Shown here piece by piece: positions 14,249 to 26,477 of a stretch of 64,000 bases of DNA (positions are counted from its first letter, which is position 1; every line of letters begins with the position of its first letter). The stretch is taken from assembly GCA_026023565.1 (NCBI GenBank), contig JAPETS010000006.1, positions 310,001 through 374,000 of the forward strand, given 5' to 3'. Under the pieces are notes generated by a model that saw only the letters and a list, made by a program, of their open reading frames with translations, was not told where the DNA came from and made no database searches. The stretch comes from Cirrosporium novae-zelandiae. Taxonomy: Eukaryota. The translations under genes were made by a program, and so were the position numbers.

Positions 14249-16903
14249 CTACAACGCTCTTGAAAAAACCGTAGCCTCGGGCCACCTCCCCCTGGCCTTT
14301 TCCACAAACGCCTTGACATCACCTTTCCACGCCCTCATCATTTCCAACCCCCTAATCCCATCCTCCAGTTCCGCACTCTCCTCCTCCAAACTCTTCAACA
14401 GCTCGGTCTCGTTCTTTTCCTGGCTGTCTTCATCTAGCAGTGCACGGGTTTTGAGGAACCCGTGGATGTGTGGTGCACTATGAGGATGGGCGGCTAGGAA
14501 GTCGGCGTTGAATTGTTCGGGGTCGGTGGATGGGGAGAGGATGGTGATGAATTGGATGCCGAGGACTTGTTTGATTTTTGGGGAAATAATGGTGCCGGAG
14601 GGGTTTGACATTATGTGAGCAAAGCGAATGAGGTGGAGGTGGTGGGTGGTATCCGAGGGGTCGATAGAGTGGGCCGTTAGAAGGCATTTTAGGGCGAGGA
14701 CGAGTTTGTCTGTGTGGTCGGCTAATTAGCTGAAGGTTATAAAGGGGAGGAGGGTTGTTGATGATGATGTCGATGGATGGATGGGGTGGCTCACTTCTGC
14801 GGATGAAAACCTCGAAGCCAAGGTTCTGTACGTCAATATTCTTGGGACTGCATTCAAGCAATGGAGTCAAGAACCTCATTGCATCTTTCAGGGGATTCTC
14901 CGTCTCTAGAAGCTTCTTGCCTTGCGGGTCGTCATCTACCTTTTTCGCATTCTCTCCCTGGGCGGTTGCCGAGTTAGCTTTCTTCGCGTCCTTCTTTTCC
15001 TTTTCCGCCTTTTCGAGTTTTTGTTGTTCCCGCTTGGCCTTCTTTATAGCCTTCTTTTTCTCGTTTTCGTCCATATCATCAAAAGCTTTGACGCCATTCA
15101 TGCCGTTTGTGAAGCCGTGCTTGAGTTCGGGGTGGTCATGTAGGAGAAGGTATGCCTTGACAGCGGATATGGCAGCTCGAGTGTAGTAAGGATGGTCCCG
15201 GAGGTGATCTTCCCATCGGAACATCTCAATGTAAGCTCGGATTTGACCCTTTCGTAATGAGAAGGTGTGGAAATCATATTGATCTTCTTGCCAGATGTCA
15301 AAGATGTTGAAAATGGAGGTGAACCGTTTTAGAGCAAGACCGAGCTTCCTTTGCCGCAGATACGATTCTGCATCCTCCGTTAGATACCACAGGACTTGCA
15401 TGTCCTGTAGGTCACCCAGGGGCCCACCAACTGCTTCGTTACGAGTGAACATGCTAGCTGTCTCTAGAGCAAGTTCATTTTGATCGTTTCGGAGTTGATA
15501 TCTAGCGGTCTTTGAATTGATGTATCGATCGCTCTTGTCCAATTCCCTCCCCTCGTTCATGGTCTCAGCTGCTTTGTGGGTGTTGCCATAATGCTTCCAT
15601 ATTCTTGCTTTGGTCATGTAGAACTCAACCGTCTTTGGTGATTGTTCGAGGGCTTTATCAATGAGTTCCATGGCTCTTGGCAGATCACGGCTGAGACGAT
15701 AGTTGTAGTGCTGTGCTAGGAAATACAGAGTATACGTTTCGAAATGTGAAGAATCTCCATTGACTTTCTTTCCTTCTTCTCCGTTTGTTTCTGTCGACTT
15801 TCCATTTGCGAGGTATCCCTCTACGAGGTCTTGTATTATCTTCTTTTTTTCCTCATTTGAGTAAAGTGCTTTGATATTAGCAAATAGCGAAGGAACTCGC
15901 TTATCGATTATACGCTTTAGATATACATCCGCAGCCTCTCGAAAGTCGTCACCATCAAGGAAATCAAGCGGTATTCGGCGTGCAGCATCTCCTCTCGGAT
16001 TTTTCTGTACATACTCGTCATAGAGCTCCTTCAATTTCTTGTGATCTGACTCATCGATCCCACGAGCGGCAACAAGTCCATCATAGTACAACCGATTTTC
16101 TGCATTCCTGTCTAGTAGTGCTTTATATGCTTCTTCTGCCTCCTCTTTCCGCTCGAGCTTGAGTAGGTAGTGAGCCCGCATTTCCATTACAGCTAATCGA
16201 TCTAAATTGTGTTTGCATGCTGCATCAAGGTGGTCTAGTGCTCGCTGGTAATCTCCCATTTCCGCTATTATGCTATTCTTGTATAAGACAGCTTCCGAGT
16301 GTTCAATATCGGTCCTTGGAGGTGTATTCTTCAGTGTCTCTTCATAAGTTGTAAGAATCTTCTCAGCGTCAGCGAGATGCCCCCCCAATTGATATGCAAC
16401 CGCTAGAGCTGTCCAGTTCTGTCGGTACTGTGGGCGCGCTTGTAGCATAGTATTTCGACTTTGTATGTAGCCCTCATAATCCCTCGTCTGGATCTGTAGT
16501 GAAGCCAAATCCCTTGCGATCTGTGGCGAGTCGGGCTCAATCTTAAGCGCAAATTTATATGCCTTTATTGACTCCTCGTAATTTTTCTCGGCTCGGTATA
16601 GAAGACCGTAGACATGCCAGCAAATATGAGATTTCATGTCATTTCTCAACGCAGTTTTAGCTAATGCAAACGCTTCTTCTCCATGTCCTTGGGAATGCAA
16701 GATCAATGCTTTCATTGCCAGGGTCTCTCCATGGTTAGGAACCTTTCGAAGGACTTGCTCCGCAGCTTTCAGCCCTACGAAATTGTTAGCGTAAGCTCCT
16801 CAAGACAATCTAGCGCCTCACCTTTCTTGTATTGTTTATTTTCATAATGTTTGACAACTGACCGAAAGAGGGAGCCCTCCTTCGAGGCGAGTGGCTGTGG
16901 CAT
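14249..16903 (-). CDS. NAT1: N-terminal acetyltransferase A auxiliary subunit (TPR protein, Naa15); 3 exons
   Basis: MPQPLASKEGSLFRSVVKHYENKQYKKG start, SHICWHVYGL, DRYINSK, EDQYDFHTFSLRKGQIRAY, DDDPQG; the intron 14794-14710 joins the two long ORFs. Confidence 0.95.
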
Positions 16904-17603
16904 GGCGGGGTATTTTGTTCGAATCAATTGCGATTAGAGACGGCCGTAGATGGTAGTGTGTAGAGGGGCCGTGAAGTGAATCTGTCGGACGAAGACTAGA
17001 GGATCAGGGAAGGGATATAGAGTGAATTTGTCCTACTGAACTCAATCAGGATACATAGTAATAATATCACAGTTTAAAAAATTGCAATTTATTACAGCAC
17101 AAATAATTTAATGTCAGGGTTGCGCTCACCCAATTACTCTTGACACTTGTGGTCGTGATATGACGGCTTCTTCCGCCAAACTGTTCGCTGAAATGTGTGT
17201 GGGGGTTTCTAATCCAATGAGATTTTACGAGTTTTACGGATTGTCGACAAAATCCGCAATATAATTTTAAAAATCCTTTTGACATACTGCATTTGTATTT
17301 GTATAGGTATCTGTTTTGGCTGAAAACAAGCCTTTGTTATACGGCCTTGTAGATAGTTAATAGCAATCATTCTGTCCACCAACCGTAGGCAATTATCCGG
17401 TGCATATCCACACGGCGAAATACCACTGTAATGAAATAGGATACCGCGGCACTTGCTGTACAATTTTTTGAGTGGTGATGATATACAGAACAACGCTAAA
17501 GCTACGCTTATCAAAACCGTCTATTTTGATACCCTCATAAGACGATTGTCGTACAAAAACATAATGCACCGTCTCTATTTTAAGTGTACACTCGCTCTTA
17601 TTA

Positions 17604-18246
17604 TTATCTTTCTTGCTGGTCGCGCCATCTATTCAGTGCTTCTTCCCAGCTTTGCCCACTATCTGCGCATCGTTCTCCTACTAATCCCCACGTCCGAGCC
17701 CGTATAATGGTCTCGACACCTCTCTCATTCCTCACGAGATTGGCAAGTGATTCGGTTCGAGACTCCCGCGGGAAAAACCTAGCGGAGTAAGGATCGAGTC
17801 TTTCGTTAATGATCCTTTCTCGATCCTTGGCGGATTCAACTTCTCTCAACACCTGATCAGGGTCATCAGGATCTGGACTCGTAGCAACCCCGGCACAATA
17901 ATTCAAGATATCCGAACGTGATTGCCAGGAGGGAAATAATACTTTATCCCTGAAATTATTGCAAGCTGCTAGATCAATCGGTCGTCGTCCCGGAGGGGAG
18001 GTTTGACGCTCTCCAGTTGAGGATGGGTCAAACCCTGCCCTTGAAGGTGTTATAAGGGCATTGAGATTTTGTGTAATTGAATCGTCTATGGTTGACCGTG
18101 ATACTCGTAGGAAGCCTGGTGAATTGGAAGTATTAGCAGTAGATTCCCAGTTCTGCTGTCTCGGACTTTACTATGCCTCTCAATACTTTCTCATTGAAGC
18201 AGAACTGGGGTGTCAAGCTCGGTTGTACCAATGGCGGTTGAGACAT
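17604..18246 (-). CDS. MIX23: Mitochondrial intermembrane-space protein Mix23 / caffeine-induced death protein Cid2; 2 exons
   Basis: LTPQFCFNE..LR-GFLRVSRSTIDDSITQNLNAL, LFPSWQSRSDILNYC, ERLDPYSARFFPRE, ERGVETIIRARTW...C. Confidence 0.88.
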
Positions 18247-18815
18247 TTTGGTCTCTAACTTGTCCGAGGGTGCTGATGCCGACTTGGCCCAAAATAGGCG
18301 CGCCAGTTTGCTGTCCTCTTGATTATATGCTTAAGGATGGTTCAATGCACGACCCTATCAGTATATCAACGGAAATCTAAGTGTTGGTATGAAATGGGTA
18401 TTGGTATATGCGAGGAAAAATCTAACAATGACGAGATGAGAATAAGGAGGATCATCATTGATCCGGAAGCATATCGTACCTTCCAATTGGCTTACGGATG
18501 CCGAATTGGCCGCAATTTCCTTAACTATCACGGCACTCACGGCTATCCACACAGGACTTGTACATAAGACAGTAGCTACATAGAAGTATTCCCTAAAATT
18601 TCATATACAAAAGTCGGACTCCATCAAAAAGAAGTTTCTATTACCGCTATTTCTGACCCTCGTTGGTCTCCTAAATAGGACTGGAGAAATCCATCTTATC
18701 CTCCTATTCCAATATTCTCCTATAGTCAGGTTTCTATCCAAATATATGCTCCAGAAATATTTAACTCTAAGCCAAACCTAGAAGACATCGAGTTACCATT
18801 AATACTTCAACCATA

Positions 18816-20276
18816 TTAAGCACGTTGGCCCTTCTCCCTCATTTCTAACCTCGCATTCATCCCAACAATGCATCTTACCAAATCCCAGTCTCCATCCTGA
18901 CCTACCCAGTCACAAACAACGATCCCAGTAGATCCATCCCCAGGACCTTCTCCTTCATGATGCTTTCTACATAAGAAGTCTACCATTGCTGGGTTTACCT
19001 TTTTCGCAATTTTTTCGGGCCAGCATCCGACCTTCCAAAAATTGCTTGCGCTCAAGAAATTGATGTAGAACGGTTGCTTGGGCCTCTCTCCATTCCCCGT
19101 AGTGTTGAAATTCCCAAGAGGTGTAACACAACATGCAGCTCGTTCACACTGTTCCTGAGCATATTTTATCTTTTTTTCGATATTTTGGGTTTCTAAAACC
19201 TCATAGAAATCCTGCACACATACCGTGCCTGCAGGGTTGACAGCATGAGGTGTATTGTCGGCCCACGTCTCTGCGGGAATGCACCAGCCCTTCCCTTCCC
19301 ACTCCTTCTTCAGACCTTCCTCAAGAGCGAAACGTCGGATAAGACAAATTTTACCGCGGGCTTCACCCAGTGTTGGAATACGAGGGGCCGTGAACCATTT
19401 ATGCACGTCGCCAGCATAGTGATCACGTAGAATACGTCCAAGCTGAGCGTCTGTGCCACTGCCAGTACCTTCCCGCTTCATGGACATAATGACTGTTTCA
19501 GATGGATTGTTATCAAGGAAAGCCCGTATTTCCTTTACGAGATCACGGAGGTATTTATTTCCTGTGAGGGAGATTGGGAATACGGCATGAACCAAAATAA
19601 GGCCATCCTTCTGCGGTTGACCTGGATCTTGTATTTGAACTCGGACGTCGAAGTAACGAACACCATTTTTGAGTTGTTCTCGAGGGCTAACAGCTTGACA
19701 TCGAACAGATGGTGCAGCTGTATAGCAGGTTGCAGAATTGTGTGTTCCAGGAATGGACAAGGCAGGCAGGGGGGTCTCATCTTTTAACTCCTTCATCCAA
19801 GCATTGAGACGGGCTGAAGAGAAAAGCGCAAGAAAACAGTGTTTGGGAAGATAGACGGCTGTAAAGTCATATTTAGGATTCTCAGCCAATGGTTTCAACT
19901 TTGTAGAGTCATGTTTAAGAGCTGGTAGATCAAGCTGATACATTTGACCCTCAGCCCCGAATGTTAACCGGACATACTCCTTGGGGTGTTTGATATGGGA
20001 AGGAATGTCGGTCGCAACTGTTTTAAAGGGTGCGATATGAAGCTCACCGGGCTCAAGATCCCGAGACTTGAAGCTTTTGGCATCATCAGTTAATGGGGGA
20101 TATGTTGGTTTGGAGTCATTTCCGGTTGTTGCATTTGCCAGTAGAGTAGTAAAGTTTTTGGTCATATTCTGTAGGCCATTGTCATGAACACTAGAATGAG
20201 GCTCAAACCTCTCAACCTTTCTGAGGTTGAGGGGGGTGGATGTTAAATTTCGAATGGTAAAAGGTGGAGTAGGCAT
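18816..20276 (-). CDS. 1-phosphatidylinositol phosphodiesterase (bacterial-type PI-PLC X domain)
   Basis: WMKEL.DET.L.ALSIPGTHNS, EQLKNGVRYFDVR, FLDNNPSETVIMSMKRE, IPTLGEARGKI, VQDFYEV, GIVVCDWVG; single exon. Confidence 0.9.
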   Translation of the reverse strand: MPTPPFTIRNLTSTPLNLRKVERFEPHSSVHDNGLQNMTKNFTTLLANATTGNDSKPTYPPLTDDAKSFKSRDLEPGELHIAPFKTVATDIPSHIKHPKEYVRLTFGAEGQMYQLDLPALKHDSTKLKPLAENPKYDFTAVYLPKHCFLALFSSARLNAWMKELKDETPLPALSIPGTHNSATCYTAAPSVRCQAVSPREQLKNGVRYFDVRVQIQDPGQPQKDGLILVHAVFPISLTGNKYLRDLVKEIRAFLDNNPSETVIMSMKREGTGSGTDAQLGRILRDHYAGDVHKWFTAPRIPTLGEARGKICLIRRFALEEGLKKEWEGKGWCIPAETWADNTPHAVNPAGTVCVQDFYEVLETQNIEKKIKYAQEQCERAACCVTPLGNFNTTGNGERPKQPFYINFLSASNFWKVGCWPEKIAKKVNPAMVDFLCRKHHEGEGPGDGSTGIVVCDWVGQDGDWDLVRCIVGMNARLEMREKGQRA

Positions 20277-20599
20277 AGCTATTAATCAAATAAGAGAGAT
20301 GGTGTGGATATAAATATATATGTATAAATATATGTATTTGCACTACGGGGAGTAGTAACTAACCTCTCGTGGCTTTTCTCTCCTGTTACTTTCCAAGGGT
20401 CAACGTTAGAAACTAAATTATGTCAACTAATTATGCAAGCACTGTGTAGACTATGTCATCTGGCTGTCAAGTACTGTCGGAGTTCAGAAGTTTGCACCCC
20501 CGACGATAAACCCCAATATCCCCGCTATCCCCCACCAGTAGTTATTCTATTATTATAACTCATCACAACCACTTTAAAAATACAGGTCACTGTTGTATC

Positions 20600-21308
20600 C
20601 TATTTTGTATACCAGCCATAGATATCACGAACAGTCTGAGTGCAGTACTGTATCGTCGTAATTAAACCATCCATTCATTCCTGAGATATACGCCTCCAAG
20701 CCTCCTACAAAGCAACGGATACTATATTCCAAACATTTTCATCTCCTCCCTTGACCTTTTCAATGTTAGGATAAACGTCGCATATTAATTTCTTCAGGTC
20801 TCTTCAAAGATGTTCGATGGGGTTCAGATCAGGTGAATAAGGTGATCGTTGTAAGCGCAAGCGCTTTGCCGAGGCTTGGCATGTCCTAACATTGACGAGC
20901 CCCTTCCTCCGTAAGCAAGGGCTTCTGCTTGCATCTCAAATATAAAACACCCGATTTCTTTCGTAATCTGTATATCGTTTGTCACTTATTTTTGGGTTTG
21001 CCTCTTCTTGAAGTTTTCAATATGTAATTTTTGGGTTTCGTTTGATAATCGTTAAAATGCGTTGTTCATCACGAGTCGTAAATATTTTGGGGCGACCTGA
21101 TCGAGGGCAGGAAGCATAATTATCGCATTTAGGGTTGCGACGAATAGTTATTTTAATTGTGTTGATATTAACGCCGAGAGCTTCGGCTATTTTAGGAGCT
21201 GAAACACCGCATTTTCGGGTCCATAATTTCTGCTCGCTGGATAGGTGTAAGTTCATGTCTAGAGGAATTATCCTGGACAGAAACTGGTTCAGAGTTAGGT
21301 GGTGGCAT
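20600..21308 (-). mobile_element. Degenerate, internally deleted Tc1/mariner-superfamily transposase remnant
   Basis: N-terminus RHELTPIQRAEI, frameshift into HTH KIAEALGVNINTIK...PRSGRPKIFTTRDEQRI; then SPYSPDLNPIEHL*RDLK (20848-20792) and C-terminal AL*EAWRRISQ...GWYTK*; about 700 bp only, most of the DDE domain missing; TIRs not found. Confidence 0.85.
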
Positions 21309-21780
21309 AGTGGAGTAAAGAATTGAAATTTGGGTAGATTGTTGGTTGAGCACGCGTTAGACATTTTGGGGGTGCAAAATACCTTAAGGTACCATTCAAT
21401 TGAACACGTGATCAGCGGAGCTCGGGGTCTAGGCCTAGAGCTCCTGGTCTTCAACGTGATGATATTCTACTCCTCTTATATTTCCATTTATTGTCTCTGC
21501 TGAACATCTACGATGAAAATATGGCGACTCTTGCTACCCAAATACCCTGGTTGTATAGAAAGAATCCTTGATGTCGTTGAGCCGTAAGTTATGGTACTAT
21601 GTTAAAGTACATTCCACAACATATAGGCTAATTTTGATCTCCGTCCTTTGTCTGCATTTCATATCGCTTTCATAATCTTTCATCTCTAGATTTTAAGCTA
21701 CTGGCATGATTAACATGTATAGGATTTTCCACAGAGTGGCTCAAACTACATTGTCTTTGCAATTATCTCTAGGTGATGAT

Positions 21781-24700
21781 ATGGATAGATGTACAGAATG
21801 CAATGCAATTTCTGATAACCTTATCGCTTGCTACAGCTGCAAAAGATCTTTCTGTGGCATAGGAGTAGATGGTACAACATGCTGGGATGAAGCACACAGA
21901 GGTCTCCGCCCTTGCCAACTAAAATGGCATACCAATGACAAACACCTGGACGATCTGCTTCGCAGGGACCAGGATACAATATGGATCTCAGCCGATCAGC
22001 TACAGGAAGGACCTGAACCAAACATGACGAATCGATTTACTGATCTCATGGAAGAGAGTAAATGTAGAGAACCCTCAAGACAACATCCAAGCCTTGTGTC
22101 CTTTATCGGACCACAGGCCCAGGCAAGTCGACATGTATCAAAAGTCTCATCAGTCTAGACTCGTCGGATCTAGAAATGAAATACACTAAGGCACCAGTGC
22201 CTGGAAGTAAATCCAATATGGCGATCCCAACCACAAGAGACCTGCACCTATATGCTTTGCCATCAACGTTCGATACCTATGCGCCTATTATCCTTGCAGA
22301 TTGCGAAGGTATTGATGTAGGGGGAACGACGGTCGGCCTCAGCCAAGGTAGCAGAAAATAAATCCAATGGCAAGGTCGATGAACATATTGATGACCCGTC
22401 AATGATTTGGGGTTTTTAAGGATAGAAAACCTACTCGCTATGAATTTGTTGAAAGTATATTCACCCGCTTTCTCTACGCGTTCAGTGACATTGTCTGCTA
22501 TATTACCAAAGAGGGGAAAACTGCAGGCCGCATATTATCTCAGCTTCAAAGCTGGGCGAGATATGCTGCCACAGAATTTATAAATCAGTATGCTCTTCCC
22601 GCAGTGATTATCATTGTTAATGCTAGTACGAACCATAATCAAGAGTGGCTGGATCAGGAGCAAGCAAAACGCAGCTTCTTCGATAATCTTGACAACTTCA
22701 ATGCGCTAGAGTCCTACTTCTCTGCTTTCCACGTTATCTATGTCCCTAAATTGGGGTATGAAACCCCTACAATCATTAAGGGGCAGTTTGAAAAATTAAA
22801 CTTGCTGATGAAGGAAGGATCAACCAAAGTCTAAGAACGGCGAAAAATTGCTTGGGATATCTTTTCCAGGCAACAGTTCTTGATTCTTTTCAATTATACA
22901 GTTGTTCATTTTGCTTAGACCGACACCAAGCCCTTCAACTTTATGGATGCCTTACTTCCTGGTGCTACTTCGCCGGAGAAAATGCATCAACAAATTATGA
23001 GCTTGCTAAAATACCTATTGGTATTCTATAGTCATATGGCGGAAGACATCCCTAAAATATTGACCTCAGTTGTCGCTTCGTGCATATCTGTTCTTGTAAA
23101 GCGTGGTATTTATAGTACGCTCCTACCTTTCTTTTAAGCTTGTGGAGTGTAACGTTACCTCATCACTAATATTGTGTTTAAAGACCCGTTTTCAGAATAC
23201 AAAAAAGGCTGCAAGCTAGTTGTTGAAAATTATTTTGACAATATTGCACCTTGTGCGTTTAAAGGCTGTCTCTATAACAAAAGAGGGCATGCAAAAGGAC
23301 ACCGAGACAGTTTAGGAAGGATCACTCGTGGTGATTTTGAAAGCGGTGAATCTGAGTTTTGGGCGTCTGTTGATTGCAAGCTGATGAAACGGGTGCATAA
23401 TCCTAATGTCAACATCTTAAACCGACATCGATACACTTTAAGAAAATACCAATCCTTTTGGTCGGAAACCTATGACAACAAGACATGTTTTGCTTGTCTT
23501 TACTGCTCCCCGAATCATATTTTACCCTGCGGCCATGGGCTTTGTGACTATTGTGTAACTGAGCTTAGTCTTCCTAAGCAACTAGTGGATGACCCGTACG
23601 TCTTTGAAATTGAAAAGTGCATATTCTGTGGTAGTTCTGATACAACCTTACCATCGTCCTGGCCTTGGAGTATTCGGATAAAGCCCCCCACAGCAGGATT
23701 GCGAGCACTGGGTTTTGACGGCGGTAGTGTGCGAGGCGTGATTGAATTCGAAATACTAAAATATCTAGAAGGTCACCTTGGGCTACAGTTACAGGTAGGC
23801 GAACTATTCGACTTAATAATAGGTAGCAGTGCTGGTCAGTAAGACATTCTCTTCCTTATACTGCCGATGAGATAGGAATGCTGAATTAACCTGCATTTTA
23901 GGTGGACTCGTCGTTTTAGGCCTGGGGATAAACCAATGGAGTGTCTCCGATTGCAACCAACAGTTTAAAAGCTTGAGTGATAAGATATTCTGTCCATACA
24001 CGTCTACCCCGGGAATAAATCGGATTATCGCGTGGATTAAGGGTAGTGAATATGCTAGCTGCGGCCTTGAATCAACTCTTCAATCCCAGTTCCGTTCTAT
24101 GCAACCTTTTTTCGGCTGTAGGGATATGCAGAACAATAACCCAAGACGCTCGACCATTAAGGTGGCAGTCACAGCCACCTCAACGGTAGATAGGAGAACT
24201 TGGCTCTTGTCCAATTACTATAGTCGGCCTTCTTCCGCCACTGGTACGTATTCATACATCTAACTAAAGGCAATGCTAGCTTATGGCGGATAGGCTATGA
24301 ATTTTTCCGCCAAGAGCATCTAAGACAAGAAATACTCGTCTGGGAAGCGTAGGTTATCATCGATTCAGTTTAAACGGGTTCTTTTCTGACATTGGACCGA
24401 AGTGCACGATGCACAATTGCCGCTCCTAAGTACTTCCAACCGTATACACACGAGCCCTCAGGCATGGAATTTGACGATGGCGGCTTGAACGACAACAATC
24501 CTATGGGTCTGATAAAGAGCGAACTTCGGACCCTGTGGCCCAAAATAGACCTTCCCGATATCATCCTGTCCATAGGCTGTGGCTTCTACCCGGTGCTAAA
24601 GCACAACGGAGGAGGGGTTCGGAGATGGTTTTTCCCTGAATGGTGTAAGCGAGCTTTTGGTTCATTTAACAAACATCTTAATGGTGAGAACATTTGGCAA

Positions 24701-25346
24701 ACATTTCATGGACACTTGAACGACCGTGAACAAGAACGGTATGTTCGTTTGAATTGTCCTCTTCGAGGAAAGGAAGTCCAGGTCGACGAGTATCGAAAGA
24801 TGTAGAACCTTCAACCAGATATAGACTCATATTTCGCCCACGGTGAGGGCTATCGACAAGCTCAGGTTGTCTCTCGTCGGCTGATAGCGTGCCTCTACTA
24901 CATGGAACCAGATGAGGATTTTAGAAAAAAGGTCAAGGGAGGAGGTTACTTACTGAGCGGTCACATTTGCTGCCGACTAGAACCCAATACCAAGACGGTT
25001 TCCAAACTCGAAGATATTCTTTCTAGCTCCGATGTAACATTCAGAGTGAAGGGCTCTACTACATGGATCCCTTTCACACCAAGCATAATTTTTATCAGCC
25101 ATCCAGAAAGCTTTTCGGGATTGTTGCGTGGCCAGACACTCAGAATCACGATAGATTGCACCGATAAACCTGTGGATATCGAGCTTGGATTCAAAGATCT
25201 TGAGGACTGGTTTCCTATCAGCGGATTCCCCTGCACTATCGCAGTGAGCTTTCCACCACTTATTTTCTGATGGTGTTCTGAATAGATGCTAACCAATTTC
25301 TCTGTAGACATTGAAAGAAAGGATAAGCCGGAAGTTCTGGTTGTGA
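21781..25346 (+). pseudogene. Pseudogene of a multidomain patatin-like phospholipase (N-terminal Cys/Zn finger, P-loop NTPase, RING-like finger, PNPLA/patatin)
   Basis: CxxC..CxxC..C..CW N-terminus; Walker A GxTGPGKST split by a frameshift near 22112; LHLYA..PIILADCEG; FLYAFSDIVCY; CFACL..HILPCGHGLCDYC..CIFC; patatin DGGSVRG, GSSAG, AAP.YF, DGG; in-frame stops at 22832, 22916 and 24803 plus further frameshifts near 22.35-22.42 kb; start uncertain. Confidence 0.85.
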
Positions 25347-25357
25347 GGAGTTTTGGT

Positions 25358-25405
<48 letters not shown>
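25358..25405. repeat. (GTA)16 microsatellite
   Basis: Perfect trinucleotide run directly after the patatin pseudogene stop. Confidence 0.95.
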
Positions 25406-26325
25406 ACCCATCTGCAGGATTTTCTCATATTAATTTCAGCCTAGCCCTATCCTTGCGCATTAGCTTTCCATACCATGTAAATTTATATCGGTAACTGCTC
25501 CCCGTCAAGGTCATTACGAGTCACTTACGTCTTGAGCCGTCAGCTAATTTTTAACTATTCTACTAAGCTACCCCCGAAACTCCCCTCAAAATATTCTAAT
25601 TATCTTCATCTGGTCACCAACATCCTACTATCATAACGTCCTTCCATCTCTCAAGACAAAACAAAAGAAAAAGAAAAAAATGCATCATGCATACATAATT
25701 CCCAATATAAACGTAAATGGATAGATAACCTAACCGGAATCTCTATCCCAGATTACATTATTATTTATTTAAGTTCTTTTTTTGGGAGGGGGGGGGGGGG
25801 ATATGCACAGAAAAGTTAGGTGAATAAACATAAATTGATATATCACCCTCTCAACATAATAATAATTGAAAGTAGCTGGTCTGCGTATAGTTTTCATCTT
25901 GCTTGCTTTGATGGACGCTTTCTATCCCTAAGAGGGGAAGAGGGAGAGAGGAGAGGAAAAGAGGAAGGAATTGTACTGTACTTGCAAGGAAATGAGAAGG
26001 TGAGGATAGATACGCGTGTAATGTACTTACTATACGTAGTAAGATACATTAGGCATAGTAAATAATGTACCTATCTAACAATACTCAGACTATTTATTTC
26101 ATACGCATACGCATACAATACAGTACATATATACATAATTAGAAACCATCCTGTCCTATCCTATCCATTTCATAGAACACGGTCTGCAATCCGTTGCCCA
26201 TATTGTATCCTGTCCTGTTATAAAACAAAAACAACGATAACAATAACAGGAAACCATAAAAACAAAAATGATAAACGCGATTCCAACCACTACCACCACC
26301 ATCATCCCACCGCCGCTATGCTATA

Positions 26326-26397
26326 CGCGCGCGCGCACACACACGCACACACACACGCACACGCACACGCACACACACACGCACACACACACACACA
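26326..26397. repeat. Compound (CG)n/(CA)n/(CACG)n microsatellite
   Basis: Alternating purine-pyrimidine tract cgcgcgcgcgcacacacacgcacac... downstream of DNA2. Confidence 0.9.
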
Positions 26398-26477
26398 AGC
26401 ATGCACGTATATACATAAAGTGCAACAAACTAAAAAGCATCCCCCCTACCCCTAGCACCAACACCAAAAAACCAAGT

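Noticed and set aside
20491..21379. 11-bp inverted pair TTTGCACCCCC / GGGGGTGCAAA flanking the Tc1 remnant as possible TIRs
   Set aside because: Orientation is opposite to impala-like TIRs (which read CAGTGGGGTGCAAA inward), there is no flanking TA duplication, and the match does not extend
18816..25346. PI-PLC next to the patatin gene as a lipid-signalling cluster
   Set aside because: PI-PLC is an intact, ordinary gene while the patatin gene is decayed and separated from it by a transposon relic; adjacency alone is not evidence
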